Source of the DNA: Octopus vulgaris | Lineage: Eukaryota | Reading direction: 5' to 3' | Length of the DNA stretch: 64,000 nt | NCBI GenBank assembly: GCA_951406725.2 | Contig: OX597818.1 | Location: forward strand, 2,604,001 to 2,668,000 | Part shown: positions 28,944 to 41,863 of the stretch, in pieces | Layout: each line of letters opens with the position of its first letter | Numbering within the stretch: the stretch's first letter is position 1 | The notes under the pieces: generated by a model | Databases searched by the model: none | What the model saw: the letters and a program-made list of their open reading frames with translations, nothing else | Told to the model about the DNA's origin: nothing | Program-made: the position numbers and the translations under genes

Positions 28944-30052
28944 GATTGATTGATTGATTGATTCTAGTTTCAGCTTATGAGCTGTGGCCATGCTGGGGCA
29001 CCGCCATTTGGTGTTGCTACTTGGTTTCACTTCATGGAGGCTTTCTAGCAACTGCTATTTGGTGCATGAGAGAGTTCGATGCAGCTGCCCTCATCTGCCC
29101 CTCCTGCCGTGAAGTTGGTTCATCTGGGACACCTGACAGGAAGAGATCCAGCTCCATTTTAAAGACATCTGTATCCACCCCATGCAGGTCTCTCAGGTTC
29201 TTCGGGAGGATATTGAAGAGCTGTGGGCCTCGGAAGCCCAGGCTATCACAGAATCTTGTCCTACATCTTGATGGCAAGTTTGGAGTCCTAGGCACCACGC
29301 AGCGGCGTCCAGTTCTCGCATTTGCGTAACTCTCAATGCCAAAGTTCAGGACACTTCCCTCCAGGATCTTCCAGATGTATATTATGGCATATCTTTCCCG
29401 CCTATGCTCCAGGGAATATAATTTTAATCTCTTGAGTCTTTCCCAGTAGCTTACATTCTGCATAGAGGCTATCTTCTTCGTGTAGCTTTGTTGGATCGCC
29501 TCAAGTTCTGTGATCAACTTGACACTGGATGGTGACCATAGCTGAGAGCAATAGTCAAAGTGGCTTAGGACAAGTGTCTTCCAGAGGACCATCATGGTTT
29601 CTTGTTTTCTTGTTCTAAAGGTTCTAAGAATCCATCCAGCCAGCCGTCTGCATTTCATTGTCAGTTTAGCAACATGTACATGAAAGGTCGCGTCATCACT
29701 CATGTGAATACCCAGGTCACGCACTGATTGTGCCTCTGGGATTGCAATCCCTCCGGGTCCAGTGTATTCCTTGGGTATTGCATTCAGTTTTGCATGCTGA
29801 TAGTATAAAGCTTGAAACTTTTCAGCATTGAACTGCATGCTATTCTTTTCAGCCCACTTGTATATTTCGTCCAGCTCATATTGCAGGTGCTTAGTGTCTT
29901 CAGGGTTCTGTATTGCCTGTGAAACTTTTGTATCATCTGCATAACTTGTGATCGTGGCTCTCCGCGTGGCTGAGGGCATGTCTGAGAGGGCCATTATGAA
30001 CAGTAGTGGTCCCAAAACAGTGCCCTGTGGAACACCGCTCACTATTTGCGTG
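28943..30052 (-). mobile_element. 5'-truncated CR1-like LINE (RT C-terminal half, open frame) with (ATCA)n tail
   Basis: [59 protein letters not shown]. (TGAT)n at 28943-28962. Confidence 0.93.
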
Positions 30053-30117
30053 CTAATATATGTATATATATACATATATATATATACACATATATATATA
30101 CACATATATATATATAC

Positions 30118-30218
<101 letters not shown>

Positions 30219-30271
30219 CATATATATATATACATATATATATACATATATATATACATATATATATATAC

Positions 30272-30330
<59 letters not shown>

Positions 30331-30405
30331 CATATATATATATACATATATATATATATACATATATATATACTTTATTTTAAGCAGCAGAAAATTCAAT
30401 AAAAT

Positions 30406-30443
30406 CTGTTACTCTGAGTTTCTCGTTGCCGTTCATCAGACAG
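30406..30443 (-). ncRNA. Minimal type I hammerhead
   Basis: CTGT CTGATGA A-CG-GCAA-CG-A GAAA CTCAGAG TA ACAG. It lies in an element with an inverted partial repeat (30372-30417 / 30663-30707). Confidence 0.7.
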
Positions 30444-30784
30444 TTTTTGTTAGAATGGAACTGATATATCAATTCAATCTATACTCTTACGAACGCTACA
30501 CCTTTAAAAAGAAATGGACTTGTTTGATTGGCCCTTTAGAAAAAACGGTCAATCTTCGAGCGATAAACAAAAAGGTCAAAGATATATGTATATATATATA
30601 AAAAACTTATAAAAATTATATATAAAAACTTATAAAAATTATAAAATCCGAGGAAAAAACCATCAGAGTAACAGATTTTGTTGAATTTTCTGCTGCTTAA
30701 AATAAAGCATATTACTCTACCACTGGTATTTGAGTACTCTTTTTTCCACCTTGTTTCACATTTATGTGTTTACTCCGGTATATA

Positions 30785-30820
<36 letters not shown>

Positions 30821-30983
30821 AAATAATAGTTATCGCCATACTAATATGGCATTCTTATAAAAATAAGAAAAAAGCTGTCTGCTTATTAGCTCCATGAGGC
30901 CATCGCCTTAAGTTAGCTATTTGATACACAAACTGTATCCATATAACCTTCGAACAAGGGAGGTCAGTCGCTCCACACTACTT

Positions 30984-31043
30984 GACCGGCAGCTACAGAC
31001 GCGTTTCGGAGTATTGCCCCTTTTCAATGCAGCGTAGCCAGCC
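30984..31043 (-). ncRNA. Extended type I hammerhead with U3-A8 compensatory core
   Basis: GGCTGGC-TAC-GCTGCA TTGAAAA GGGG-CAATA-CTCC GAAA CGCG TC^TGTAGC-T-GCCGGTC. Confidence 0.85.
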
Positions 31044-31121
31044 AGTAGGTGTCGCTTCCGACAATCTCTGTTCGATGGTTTTATTTACCTAGTTTCGGTG
31101 GAATACATCCACTTGTTTTCA

Positions 31122-31182
31122 ATAATAGAAATATTAAAATAACTAAGTCTCTTTTAGAGAGACTTAGTTATTTTAATATTTC

Positions 31183-31187
<5 letters not shown>
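31122..31187. repeat. Terminal hairpin with 31-bp arms
   Basis: ataatagaaatattaaaataactaagtctct ... agagacttagttattttaatatttctattat. Confidence 0.9.
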
Positions 31188-31229
<42 letters not shown>

Positions 31230-31256
31230 TATATACATATATATATATATACACAC

Positions 31257-31319
<63 letters not shown>

Positions 31320-31324
31320 CACAC

Positions 31325-31420
<96 letters not shown>

Positions 31421-31454
31421 ATACATATATATACATATAAATACATATAATTAC

Positions 31455-31521
<67 letters not shown>

Positions 31522-31544
31522 CAGAGAGAGAGACAGACAGACAG

Positions 31545-32375
31545 AGACCAAAATGTACATACGCCACCATATGTATATAAAAAGGAATACAAAACTGGGA
31601 CAAGAACACAAAAAGTTCAGACAGTTAGATGATACAATAAAGGGAGAAGAAAACACAAGGACGGGTCATTCGGAGTTTTCTTTCCTCAGTCGAGTTCCAG
31701 ATTATCTTTGCAATTTCGGCTGGTTCTTCACACTTACTTTGTTCTTTCCACTCTTCTTTCTTTCATTCCCCCTATCTCACATTTCCTGGCTTTCTCTTCA
31801 TTCTCACCTTCCCTCCTCTTTCACTTCACTCTGTCCCTTTTCTTTTTTTCTCGTCCCTCCCTAATTCTTCTATCTCTCTGCCATTATCTCTCTCTCCATG
31901 TGACCAGTGTTCAACCAAGCCTGACCTTTGTTTCTTGGTTCAACTACCATCCATGCAACATCTATATTCCTCCCCATGCCTGTCATCTCTTATGTTCCTG
32001 CCATAAGGCTTCACTTCCACACACACCAGCTTAATTTAATTTGTCCTTAGTTGAAAGACACCTGTTGTTAATGTCCTGTTATTTGCATTTGTATACCATT
32101 TCCTCGTTTTTTTTTTCCATCCTTGTTTTCGTATACATTCGCTGCTTTCTTCCAAGGAAACTAGTGCTCTTAGCTTAGTTTTTCCTTGGGGCTGGCCATA
32201 TTGGAGCAATCTTGAGTATAACCAGCCAAAATTGCAAAGATAATCTAGAACTTGACTGAGGAAAGAAAACTCCGAATGTCTCATCCTTGTTTTTTCTTGT
32301 CTCTTTTTTGTATCATCTAACTGTCTGGATGTTTTGTGTTCTTGTCTCATTTTTTGTGTTCTTTTTTATATATAC
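31545..32375. mobile_element. PLE pseudo-LTR-like fragment with an inverted partial copy
   Basis: 31560-31725 is a diverged reverse complement of 32220-32375. A homolog lies at 39895-40225. Confidence 0.6.
32152..32275 (+). ncRNA. Candidate non-circularly permuted hammerhead, family 1
   Basis: See findings. CAAT-C-TTGAGT ... CCAGCC AAA ATTG ... ACTTGA CTGAGGA. Confidence 0.6.
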
Positions 32376-32377
32376 AT

Positions 32378-32750
32378 ATCATCATCATCATCGTTTAACG
32401 TCCGTTTTCCATGCTAGCATGGGTTGGACGGTTTTGACTGAGGGCTGGCAACCAGATGGCTGCACCAGGCTCCAGTCTTGATCTGGTAGAGTTTCTACAG
32501 CTGGATGCCCTTCTTAACGCCAACCACTCCAAGACTGTAGTGGGTGCTTTTTACATGCCACCTGCATGGGAGCCAGTCAGGTGGTACCTCGCTCGAATCT
32601 TTTACACGTGCCACCAACACAGGTACCAGTGAAGCGACGTTGGTAACGATCACGCTTGAAATGGTGCCCTTTTACGTGCCACGGGTACGGAAGCCAGTTG
32701 GCTGCTCTGGCAATGATCACAACGATCATGCTCAGATGTTCTTGGCACAG
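32378..32750 (-). mobile_element. RTE 3' UTR fragment with (CAT)n tail
   Basis: Homologous to 2681-3070. Confidence 0.8.
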
Positions 32751-32774
32751 GCATGAACACCATCCAAGCGTGGT

Positions 32775-33948
32775 GGTCTGATCAATAAGTGTCTGGACTG
32801 TTACCATAGTAACAAAGTTACAGCATGCAGAGTGAAGCCACTTGTCACAGATTGACCTTGGACTCTGCTGTGCATGTGCACTAAGTTTTAACGTTCTAGC
32901 TCATTTCTGTTGTTTACAGTAGTGCTTGGAAGGAATGTGCATAGCTTGTGCTCATCGCATTGACCATGACAGATAAAGCTGAGCAGAGAATCAGCATTAA
33001 TTTTGCCAAAACCTTGGCGATACCTGCTCAGAGGCCTATGCAGAGTTTTCAAAAGGTTTTCAGCATTCCCAACGCAATCACGGAGATCTTGTGCAACTGA
33101 AAGCAGTTTTGGCACAAACTTGGGAGACACGCATCTCATACCCAAATCTTCAGTGATAATGGACTGAATTGAACTGTAACTAATCTACACATCCTCTGAT
33201 AACTCACGGATGGTGATTTGATGATTTCCCCTCACAGCGGCAAACACATCTGCAATGTTTTTCTCAGTTCTGCTGATTGCAAGTCTCCCAAAAGATTCAT
33301 CAATATTTACATTTTTTCAGAAATGTCTGAACCACTCATATATTTGTGTGCAGCTCATACACTTCTGTCCATACACTTTCTGCAACTTTGTGTAGGCATC
33401 TGAGTAGGTATCACCATGACAACTTTCTCATGGTCAATGTGACAATCACACACTACACACCTTCCTTCCAAGTACTGCTATAAACAGCTGAAGTGGGCTA
33501 CAACTTTAAAACTTACTCTTTTATTTATTTTTGTCATTTGACTGTGGCCATGCTGGAGCACCACCTTCAGTTGAGCAAATCGACCCCAGGACTTATTCTT
33601 TATAAGCCTAGTACTTATTCTATCGTTCTCTTTTGCTGAACCGCTAAGTCACGGGGACGTAAGCACACCACCATCAGTTGTCAAGCGATGTTGTGGGGAC
33701 AAACACAGACACACAAGCACACCACCATCAGTTGTCAAGCGATGTTGTGGGGACAAACACAGACACACAAGCACACCACCATCAGTTGTCAAGAGATGTT
33801 GTGGGGACAAACACAGACACACAAGCACACACACACACATATATATATATACATATATATGACAGGCTTCTTTCAGTTTCCGTCTACCAAATCCACTCAC
33901 AGGGCTTTGGTCTATAGCAACAGTCCAAATACTTATTGATCAGACCTA
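32775..33948 (-). mobile_element. Non-autonomous mariner-like element with a nested SINE
   Basis: TIRs GGTCTGATCAATAAGT..GGACTGTT at 32775 and reversed at ~33917-33948. Transposase relic GMRCVSPKFVPKLL. SINE at 33515-33910. Confidence 0.75.
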
Positions 33949-33972
33949 TATATATACATTTACAGATACATA

Positions 33973-34155
<183 letters not shown>

Positions 34156-34174
34156 CATATATATATATATATAA

Positions 34175-34231
<57 letters not shown>

Positions 34232-34256
34232 TATGTATCTGTAAATGTATATATAT

Positions 34257-35066
34257 AGGTCTGATCAATAAGTATTTGGACTGTTGTTATAGTTATGAAG
34301 CTAAAGCATGCAGAGTGAAGCCGCTAGGCACAGATTGACCTTGAACTCTGCTGTGCATGCACACTAAGTAGGCATAAGAGTGGCTGTGTAGCTTGCTTAC
34401 AAACCACATTGTTCAGGGTTCAGTCCCACTGTGTGGCACCTTGGGCAAGTGTCTTCTACTATAGCCTCGGGCCGACCAAAGCCCTGTGAGTGGATTTGGT
34501 AGACGGAAACTGAAAGAAGTCTGTCATATATATGTATGTATATGTGTGTGTGTGTGTATGCTTGTGTGTCTGTGTTTGTCCCCACAACATCGCTTGACAA
34601 CTTATGGTGGTGTGCTTACGTCCCCGTAATTTAGCGGTTCAGCAAAAGAGAACGATAGAATAAGTACTAGGCTTACAAAGAATAAGTCCTGGGGTCGATT
34701 TGCTCAACTGAAGGTGGTGCTCCAGCATGGCCACAGTCAAATGACACAAATAAGTAAAAGAGTAAGTTTTAAAGTTGTAGCCCACTTCAGCTGTTTATAG
34801 CAGTACTTGGAAGGAAGGTGTGTAGTGTGTGATTATCACATTGACCATGAGAAAGTTGTCATGGTGATACCTACTCAGATGCCTACACAAAGTTGCAGAA
34901 AGTGTATGGACAGAAGTGTATGAGCTGCACACAAATATATGAGTGGTTCAGACATTTCTGAAAAAATGTAAATATTGATGAATCTTTTGGGAGACTTGCA
35001 ATCAGCAGAACTGAGAAAAACATTGCAGATGTGTTTGCCGCTGTGAGGGGAAATCATCAAATCACC
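34257..35066 (+). mobile_element. Inverted partial copy of the same mariner plus SINE composite
   Basis: TIR at 34257, full SINE at ~34370-34765, and 34765-35066 is the reverse complement of 33211-33515. Confidence 0.8.
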
Positions 35067-35794
35067 ATATATATATACACACTCACACACACACATACAA
35101 GCACATATACACATATTCATTAAAAACATAGGCCCATGTATGAAAGAAATCTCTGCTCCTCCTCCAAAATTTGGTCCTGTGCTTTATGATTTTAATATTT
35201 AATATTTATTTTATTTTCAACTTAAAGCTTTACAAAGCATAGTCACATTTACAAAGTATGGCTCTTCTTATGTTACATTCACATGCACATAGAAACATCT
35301 CTGGTTAATTTCCCAACTAAGTCTACTTCTTTTGTACATCTTCTTATAGTCTGTACAGCAATTCAAGCTTATATATTTTGTCGAGCTACCCCTCCTTCTC
35401 TTACACACACACATGCACATATCTGAAGCCTCCCTTCCCACTTGCTACATTTTTCTACTTATTCATGCTCACGTGTGCTTTGTCTTTTTGTTTTGTTTTT
35501 TTTTGTCTTGGGGTGTTATTTTCAATTCTAAATAATAACTCCATTGTCACATCTACACATACACTCACACGCATGTATAAAACACCCACTTGCATCATTT
35601 CCCATTGGGTTCATCATATTTCTGCTTGGTTCTTGCCAGCCTGTCTTTGTTTTATATTGTAAGTGTTCACTTCATTATAACTAACTTTCCATAAATCTAA
35701 CACACCCATATAGAAAGAAATAATTTCGCAATTGCATTCACACACATATGTGTGTATGTACGTACATATATACATATATATTTATATATACATA

Positions 35795-37060
35795 TTAGGT
35801 CATTCTATAAATAATGCAGTTTTTTCAATTGCATGAACTAAAAGTCGGAGGGGGACAGGTAGACTACCTGCATCAACTTGCTATAAAAGCAGATAGTAAT
35901 TTTACCTTATACCTATTCTTAGTGCAAGTTTTGAAGAGTGCAGTTCAATTTTAACAGTTATTTTTTCAAAGCTATAATGGAAGTGACAAAGGAGCATATT
36001 CGGCATATTTTGTTTTATGAGTTCAATAAAGGCAACAACGCAATGGAAACTGTGAGGAATATTAATGTACTATCTGGGGATCAGACAATAAGCATAAGCC
36101 AGTGTCAATGATGGTTCCAGAAATTCTGAGCCAGAAGATGAGCCTTGTCCTGGGAGATCTGTAGAGTTCGATGAGGACGTCCTGCAATCCCTGGAAGAAC
36201 AAAATCCCATTGTAACTGTTGATGAAATAGCAGAGAAGCTTGGATTTGGTCATTCAACCATTCTTCAACACCTGCATGCCATCAGAAAAGTCAATTTGGG
36301 TCAATGGTTTCCTCACAAACTTTCTGAGTCTAATTGTGCGCAGTGAGTGAATGTGTGCTCTTCTTTGCTGTCACATCTCATGAATGAACCTGTTTTTGGA
36401 CCAAATAGTGACTGATGACAAGAAATGAGTTCTCTATAAATATGTCAAGTGCTGAAGTCAGTGGGTAGGGAAAGAAGAAAGAGTGGCACCCCAGGCTAAA
36501 GAAGGTCTTCACCCCTGTAAATTGTTGTTATCTGTTTGGTGGGATATGAACGGTTTAGTCCACTTTGAACTTTTAAACCCAAACCAAGCAATAACAGAAG
36601 AGTTCTACTGCTAGAAGCTTGAGTGGCTTAAGTCAGCACTAGAAGTAAAATGACCATATTTGGTTTAAGACAAAAGGTGTTCTTCCATCAGGATAATATT
36701 TGGTCACATGCAACAAAGATGACATTCCAAAGACTCAAACAGTTTGAATGGGAAATGATGCCTCATTCACCATATTCGCAAGACAATGCCCCATCTGGTT
36801 ATCATTTATTCTGCAATCTTCAAAATCATTTGGACGGAAAAATCATGAATTCTGTAGATAAGGTCAGAACAGTACTGGAAGAGTATTTTTCATCATGGAC
36901 AAGTTAATTTTGAAAGATGAGCCTTGCAAGTCTACCACGTAGATGGAAAAGCATTGTAGAAATTGAGGGAGAGTATATTTTAGTTTAAAAAGAACTTAAT
37001 CTTAATTTGGAAAAATAAAAGAAGTATGAAAATAACTGCATTATTTATGGGATGACCCTA
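35795..37060 (+). mobile_element. Full-length defective mariner (Tc1/mariner) element
   Basis: TIRs TTAGGTCATTCTATAAATAATGCAGTT / AACTGCATTATTTATGGGATGACCCTA. Pseudo-transposase from ATG ~35977 (MEVTKEHIRHILFYEF..., IVTDD, HQDN, HSPYSQDNAPSGYHLF) with stops and frameshifts. Confidence 0.92.
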
Positions 37061-37092
<32 letters not shown>

Positions 37093-37516
37093 TATACATG
37101 TGTATGTGTACACGTGTATATGTGTGTGTGAATATGTGTGTTCATGTGTATGTGTGTGTGTGTGTATATATATCTGTACACATGTATATACATGTGTGTG
37201 TATATATATATGTCCACATGTGTATATGTGTGTGTGTATATATATGTACGCATGTGTATGTATGTGTGTGTATACATATGTACACGTGTATATGTATGTG
37301 TATAGATATATATGTGCATATGTGTGTGTGTATATATGTAAATAAACACTTGTATGTGTGTGTATATATAAATGTACATGTGTATATGTACATGTGTATA
37401 TGTACATGTGTATGTACATGTGTATATGTACATGTATATGTACATATGTATATGTACATGTGTATATGTACATGTGTATATGTACATGTGTGTGTGTGTA
37501 TATGTACACGTATATA

Positions 37517-38312
37517 TACCCAGTGTAAGCTATGGACACATAAGAGGTGCAACAACATCAAAGGAAGATTAACCGGGAAGATAGCTTTTGTGTGAACTAG
37601 ATGCACAGGGGGAATAAACACCGCAAGTGCTCAGAAAACAGATTCCATCACATGCCACGGGGAGAGACTAGAAGTAGTTGATAGCTTCCACTACCTAGGT
37701 GACCAATTTCTGTAGTGGGGATGGATGCTCAAAGAGTGTTTCCACTAGAATAAGAATAGCCTTGGCAAAGTTCAGAAAGCTTCTACCCCTACTGGTGACA
37801 AAGGGCCTCCCGCTCAGAGTGAAAGGTAGATTGTATGATGCATGTGTGCGAATTGCCATACTTTTCAGCAGTGAAACATGGGCCGTGACTGCTGAAGACA
37901 TGCACAGGCTTGAAAGAAATGAAGCTAGCATGATCCTCTGGATGTGTAGTATCAGTGTGCACATACAACAGTGTAAGCGCTCTAAGAGAAATGGTAGACA
38001 TAAGAAGCATCGGATGTGGTCTTGTACTGTGGATGGACAAGGAGAGCTGTGTGAAGTGCCACTCCCCAACAGTGAAAGGAATCAGGGGTAGAGGGAGACT
38101 CAGGAAGACATGGGATGAAGTGGTGAAGCATGACCTTCAAACATTGAGCCACTGCACTCTTGGAGTGGTTGGCGTTAGGAAGGGCATCCAGCTGTAGAAA
38201 CACTGCCATATCAGATTGGGGCCTAGTGCAGCCCCTAGCTTCCCAGACCCCAGTTGAACCATCCAACCCATGCCAGCATAGGAAACAGACATTAAACAAT
38301 GATGATGATGAT
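37517..38312 (+). mobile_element. RTE 3' fragment
   Basis: TQCKLWTHKRC, RIRIALAKFRKLLPLL, SETW, RKTWDEVVKHDL, and a (GAT)n tail. Confidence 0.9.
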
Positions 38313-38356
38313 AATACATATATACATATACATACATATATATATATATATATATA

Positions 38357-39874
38357 CTAGCAGTATCGCCCGGCGTTGCTCGGGTTTGTTTCGACCCGCT
38401 GGAATTGTAATTTTGAAAAGTAAAAATTTTGTGAACATTTTTCTGGTCGAAATACACCGAAAAGTGGCGACACAGCAGTGAAAAAATCGTAAAAAATAGG
38501 GATTTTCATAGAAAAAAGCAGCTTTTTGATGTAAATAATTTTTGGTGTTAACATGGTCCGATATGAATTTTATGTTCTACGGAAGGAAGAGCAACCCTTC
38601 TTCTATCATACTCTCAATTTTGGTCAACTTGCGCCGCAGGGTCTCGGAGGAGATAGTATTAGTTGAAGGTTACCAAACGTGGCGCACACAGACAACTTCA
38701 GCTTTATATAGAGATAACACACACACATTAATACACATACATAGACACACACACACATGTATGTATGGATGTATATATGTACATCTGTCCACTTCTTGCA
38801 ATATTTTTATCCTTCACTTCCTACACACACACACACACCTTATTAGCTTACAATTTCTTTCTGTCAACAATTGACAACAAGTACGCTCGCCAATTAATAC
38901 TACCAAAATTTTATGACAGAAAGTAAATTAAAAACCAATTTACCTTTTCTGTATTGTTATGGCAATTCGACCGTCGGTGTGTTTTTGCAAATGTGTTCGA
39001 ATGAGAAGTGAGTTGTGTTTGGCGCTTTTTTTACTAATAACAAACACACACGTGTGTGTGTGTGTGTGTTTGAGTGTTTGTATGTAGTTGTTTGAAACGT
39101 TTGTGTTTGTCACTGTCATATATGTATGTATATGCGTGTGTGTGAGGAATGGCAAACCAGATAGATAGCGCGCAAAGTTCTTTTGAAGTTCGCGCTCCAC
39201 TTGTGTGTGTGTGTGTGTGTGCGTGCTTTAGGTGTACGTAGGTATGTGTTTTTGTGTGTGTGTCACTGAAGCCATACATACATATATACATACATAACCT
39301 CTCTCTCTCTTTTCTCTCTCAGTCATTCACTACAAAAAGTGAATAAAAAAAAGTTCAGTTATCTCTGTCTTTCACACATACACACACAGCACAACATTAC
39401 TCTCTCTGTCTCTTAACACACACTAACAAAAGCACTTCACTTACACACCACACTTTCTGTGTCGCACACCCCATCAAACACACACACATGTACATCAATG
39501 CTTTTGATGCACACCAACTTCAAAAGAACTTCCCGAAAAAAAACGGAGGAAAGCATTTGAAATGAGAAAGGATATCGTATATGTTTGCGTGTTTATGTGT
39601 GTGTACACTTGCAAAGAGAAAGTAGCAGAAAATGTGGTGGTAATGGTATGAGTGAAGCAGTTAAAATGAAAGAGGAAAATCTAAAAATATAGAGTTTTTT
39701 CGAATTTTTGCTTAATTGGGGTTGAAATTGGAAAAACTGTACCTGCCACGACCCGATGTATTCTACTCGTAAAAATGATAGGTAAATTCTAATTGAAGAA
39801 ATTCTATATTGTAGATTTGTATAATAAACAAACGGTTTGGGAGGCAGATAAAATCTGCCTTTTATAATAAGAGA
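38357..39874 (-). mobile_element. Composite non-autonomous Helitron
   Basis: 5' TCTCTTATTATAAAAGG at 39874, 3' hairpin plus CTAG at 38357, internal 5'-like end at ~38714. Paralog of 51063-52676. Confidence 0.85.
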
Positions 39875-40028
39875 TATATATATATATAGCTAAGCTAAGT
39901 TGAACTGTCTAAAGTCGTAAGACACCTGCTGTTTTTGTCCTGTTATTACTATTATTGTTTTTTGTATTTATATCCGTGTGGCATCATCCATTTTTCTGTC
40001 CTTGTTTCATATACATTCGATCCTTTTT

Positions 40029-40152
40029 CCAAGAAATCTAATGCTCGTAGCTTAGTTTTTCCTTGGGGCTGGCCGGATCGGAGCGATCTCAAGATTAATC
40101 AGCCAAAATTGCGAGGGTGATCCAGTTCTTGACTGAAGATTAGAGGCTTCGA
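40029..40152 (+). ncRNA. Candidate non-circularly permuted hammerhead, family 1 (diverged copy)
   Basis: CGAT-C-TCAAGA ... TCAGCC AAA ATTG ... TCTTGA CTGAAGA. Stems covary with the 32.2-kb copy. Confidence 0.6.
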
Positions 40153-40268
40153 ATGACCCGTCCGTTTTTTTTGTGTCGTCTCTTTGAGTGTTTTGCGTTC
40201 TTGTCCCATTTTGTATTTTTATATATATTTTTTATACACACATATATATATATACACACACACATATA

Positions 40269-40300
<32 letters not shown>

Positions 40301-40353
40301 TATACATATATACACACACACACACACACACATACATATATATACACACACAT

Positions 40354-40416
<63 letters not shown>

Positions 40417-40476
40417 AAAATGCAAATTTGTTGTTGAAAATGCGCCTAAATTTGAAAAACTTGTAATTGTTTTTAA

Positions 40477-40608
40477 ATATATACCAAATATATATACCAA
40501 ATATATACCAAATATATATACCAAATATATACCAAATATATATACCAAATATATACCAAATATATATACCAAATATATATACCAAATATATACCAAATAT
40601 ATACCAAA
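40477..40608. repeat. Minisatellite (TA)nTACCAAA with 11-13 bp units
   Basis: Directly visible tandem repeat. Confidence 0.95.
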
Positions 40609-41219
40609 TTAGTTTCAACAATATTTCTTGTTTATCAATGGTAAAAATTTAAAATTATGAATTAGAAAAACATGTTTAAAAGTTTCAATGTTTAAAAAGT
40701 TTTAATATGAAATGTGATTTAAATGCTCATAACAATCAATAATATAAAAAATGTGGGTCATTTGTTTAAATGCACAAAATTCAATAGTGTAAGTAGTGAT
40801 CGATAAGAAATGTGGATCATCGAAGTTTTGGTCATGCTGAGTTAAGAGGGAGGAAAACAAGAAATGAAGATAGTAAAAAAATGGTTTTGTTTACAGTTTC
40901 TGTGATTCTCTTTCCATCGTAAAAGACTTTCACTTATAACAGCGGTTTTTGGAATCCAGTGTATTTATAATGTTTTCTGTGAACAGATCTGATTTTTATT
41001 TGTTAAAGTGCATGTATACATATATGTATATATATATATATATGAAAGGTATTGGAATCTAGAAGATCCAAAGAGCGGCAGGTAATGCTAAGTAAGTGCT
41101 ATGGATAGACTGTAGTTAAACTCTTGGTTCGATAGTGATACAAGTGAGGAGTTTAATGTGGGTTTTGTATTAGCATGTATATATATATATATAACAACTT
41201 GGTTGTGAAATGAATAGAT

Positions 41220-41361
41220 GTGTGATCAACATTTTTTCCTCATACCTCAGGAAATTACATCTGCATTATTATGGATACATTCACCCTCTCTGTGATTAAC
41301 ATCTTTCCTCATATCTCCGGAAATTACATCTGCATTATTATGGATGGATTCACCTTCTCTG
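41220..41361. repeat. Two tandem copies of a ~70-bp unit
   Basis: tgtgat.aacat.tttcctcata.ctc.ggaaattacatctgcattattatggat..attcacc.tctc occurs twice. Confidence 0.85.
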
Positions 41362-41863
41362 AGAAGTTAACAATCATTTAAAAACTTTTTATAAAACTGT
41401 GCATCATTAGAAAACATTTTAAGTCTGCTTACAATCTAACTTTGAATTTCATAGAACTCTCTCCGATACTTCCGTAGGATGTTTGGAAAACTCATATGTG
41501 TTTTAGCTGATGAATACGGGATATTTGTATTTGCTGCAATATTTGCAGCTTTAAATAAAACTGTTCTTCGTATGAAACAATTGTACTGAACAACTAATCC
41601 ATTCTTGTTGCTTTTTTCTTGATTATAATCACCCCACATTATTTTATGGTTAATACCATAAAGATTTCTGGTGCATCTAAGTTAAGTACCGCATTCATTT
41701 GAATCCATTGGAATTCACTTGAATCTTAATTGTTTTACTGAAATTATATATATATTATTGATAAAAACAGTAAGATAACAAAAGAAAGAAAGAGACCTCG
41801 ATATTATATAAATAGAGGAATTTATCTGTAAATGTAATATGTGACAATTATTCAGTAGCAATT

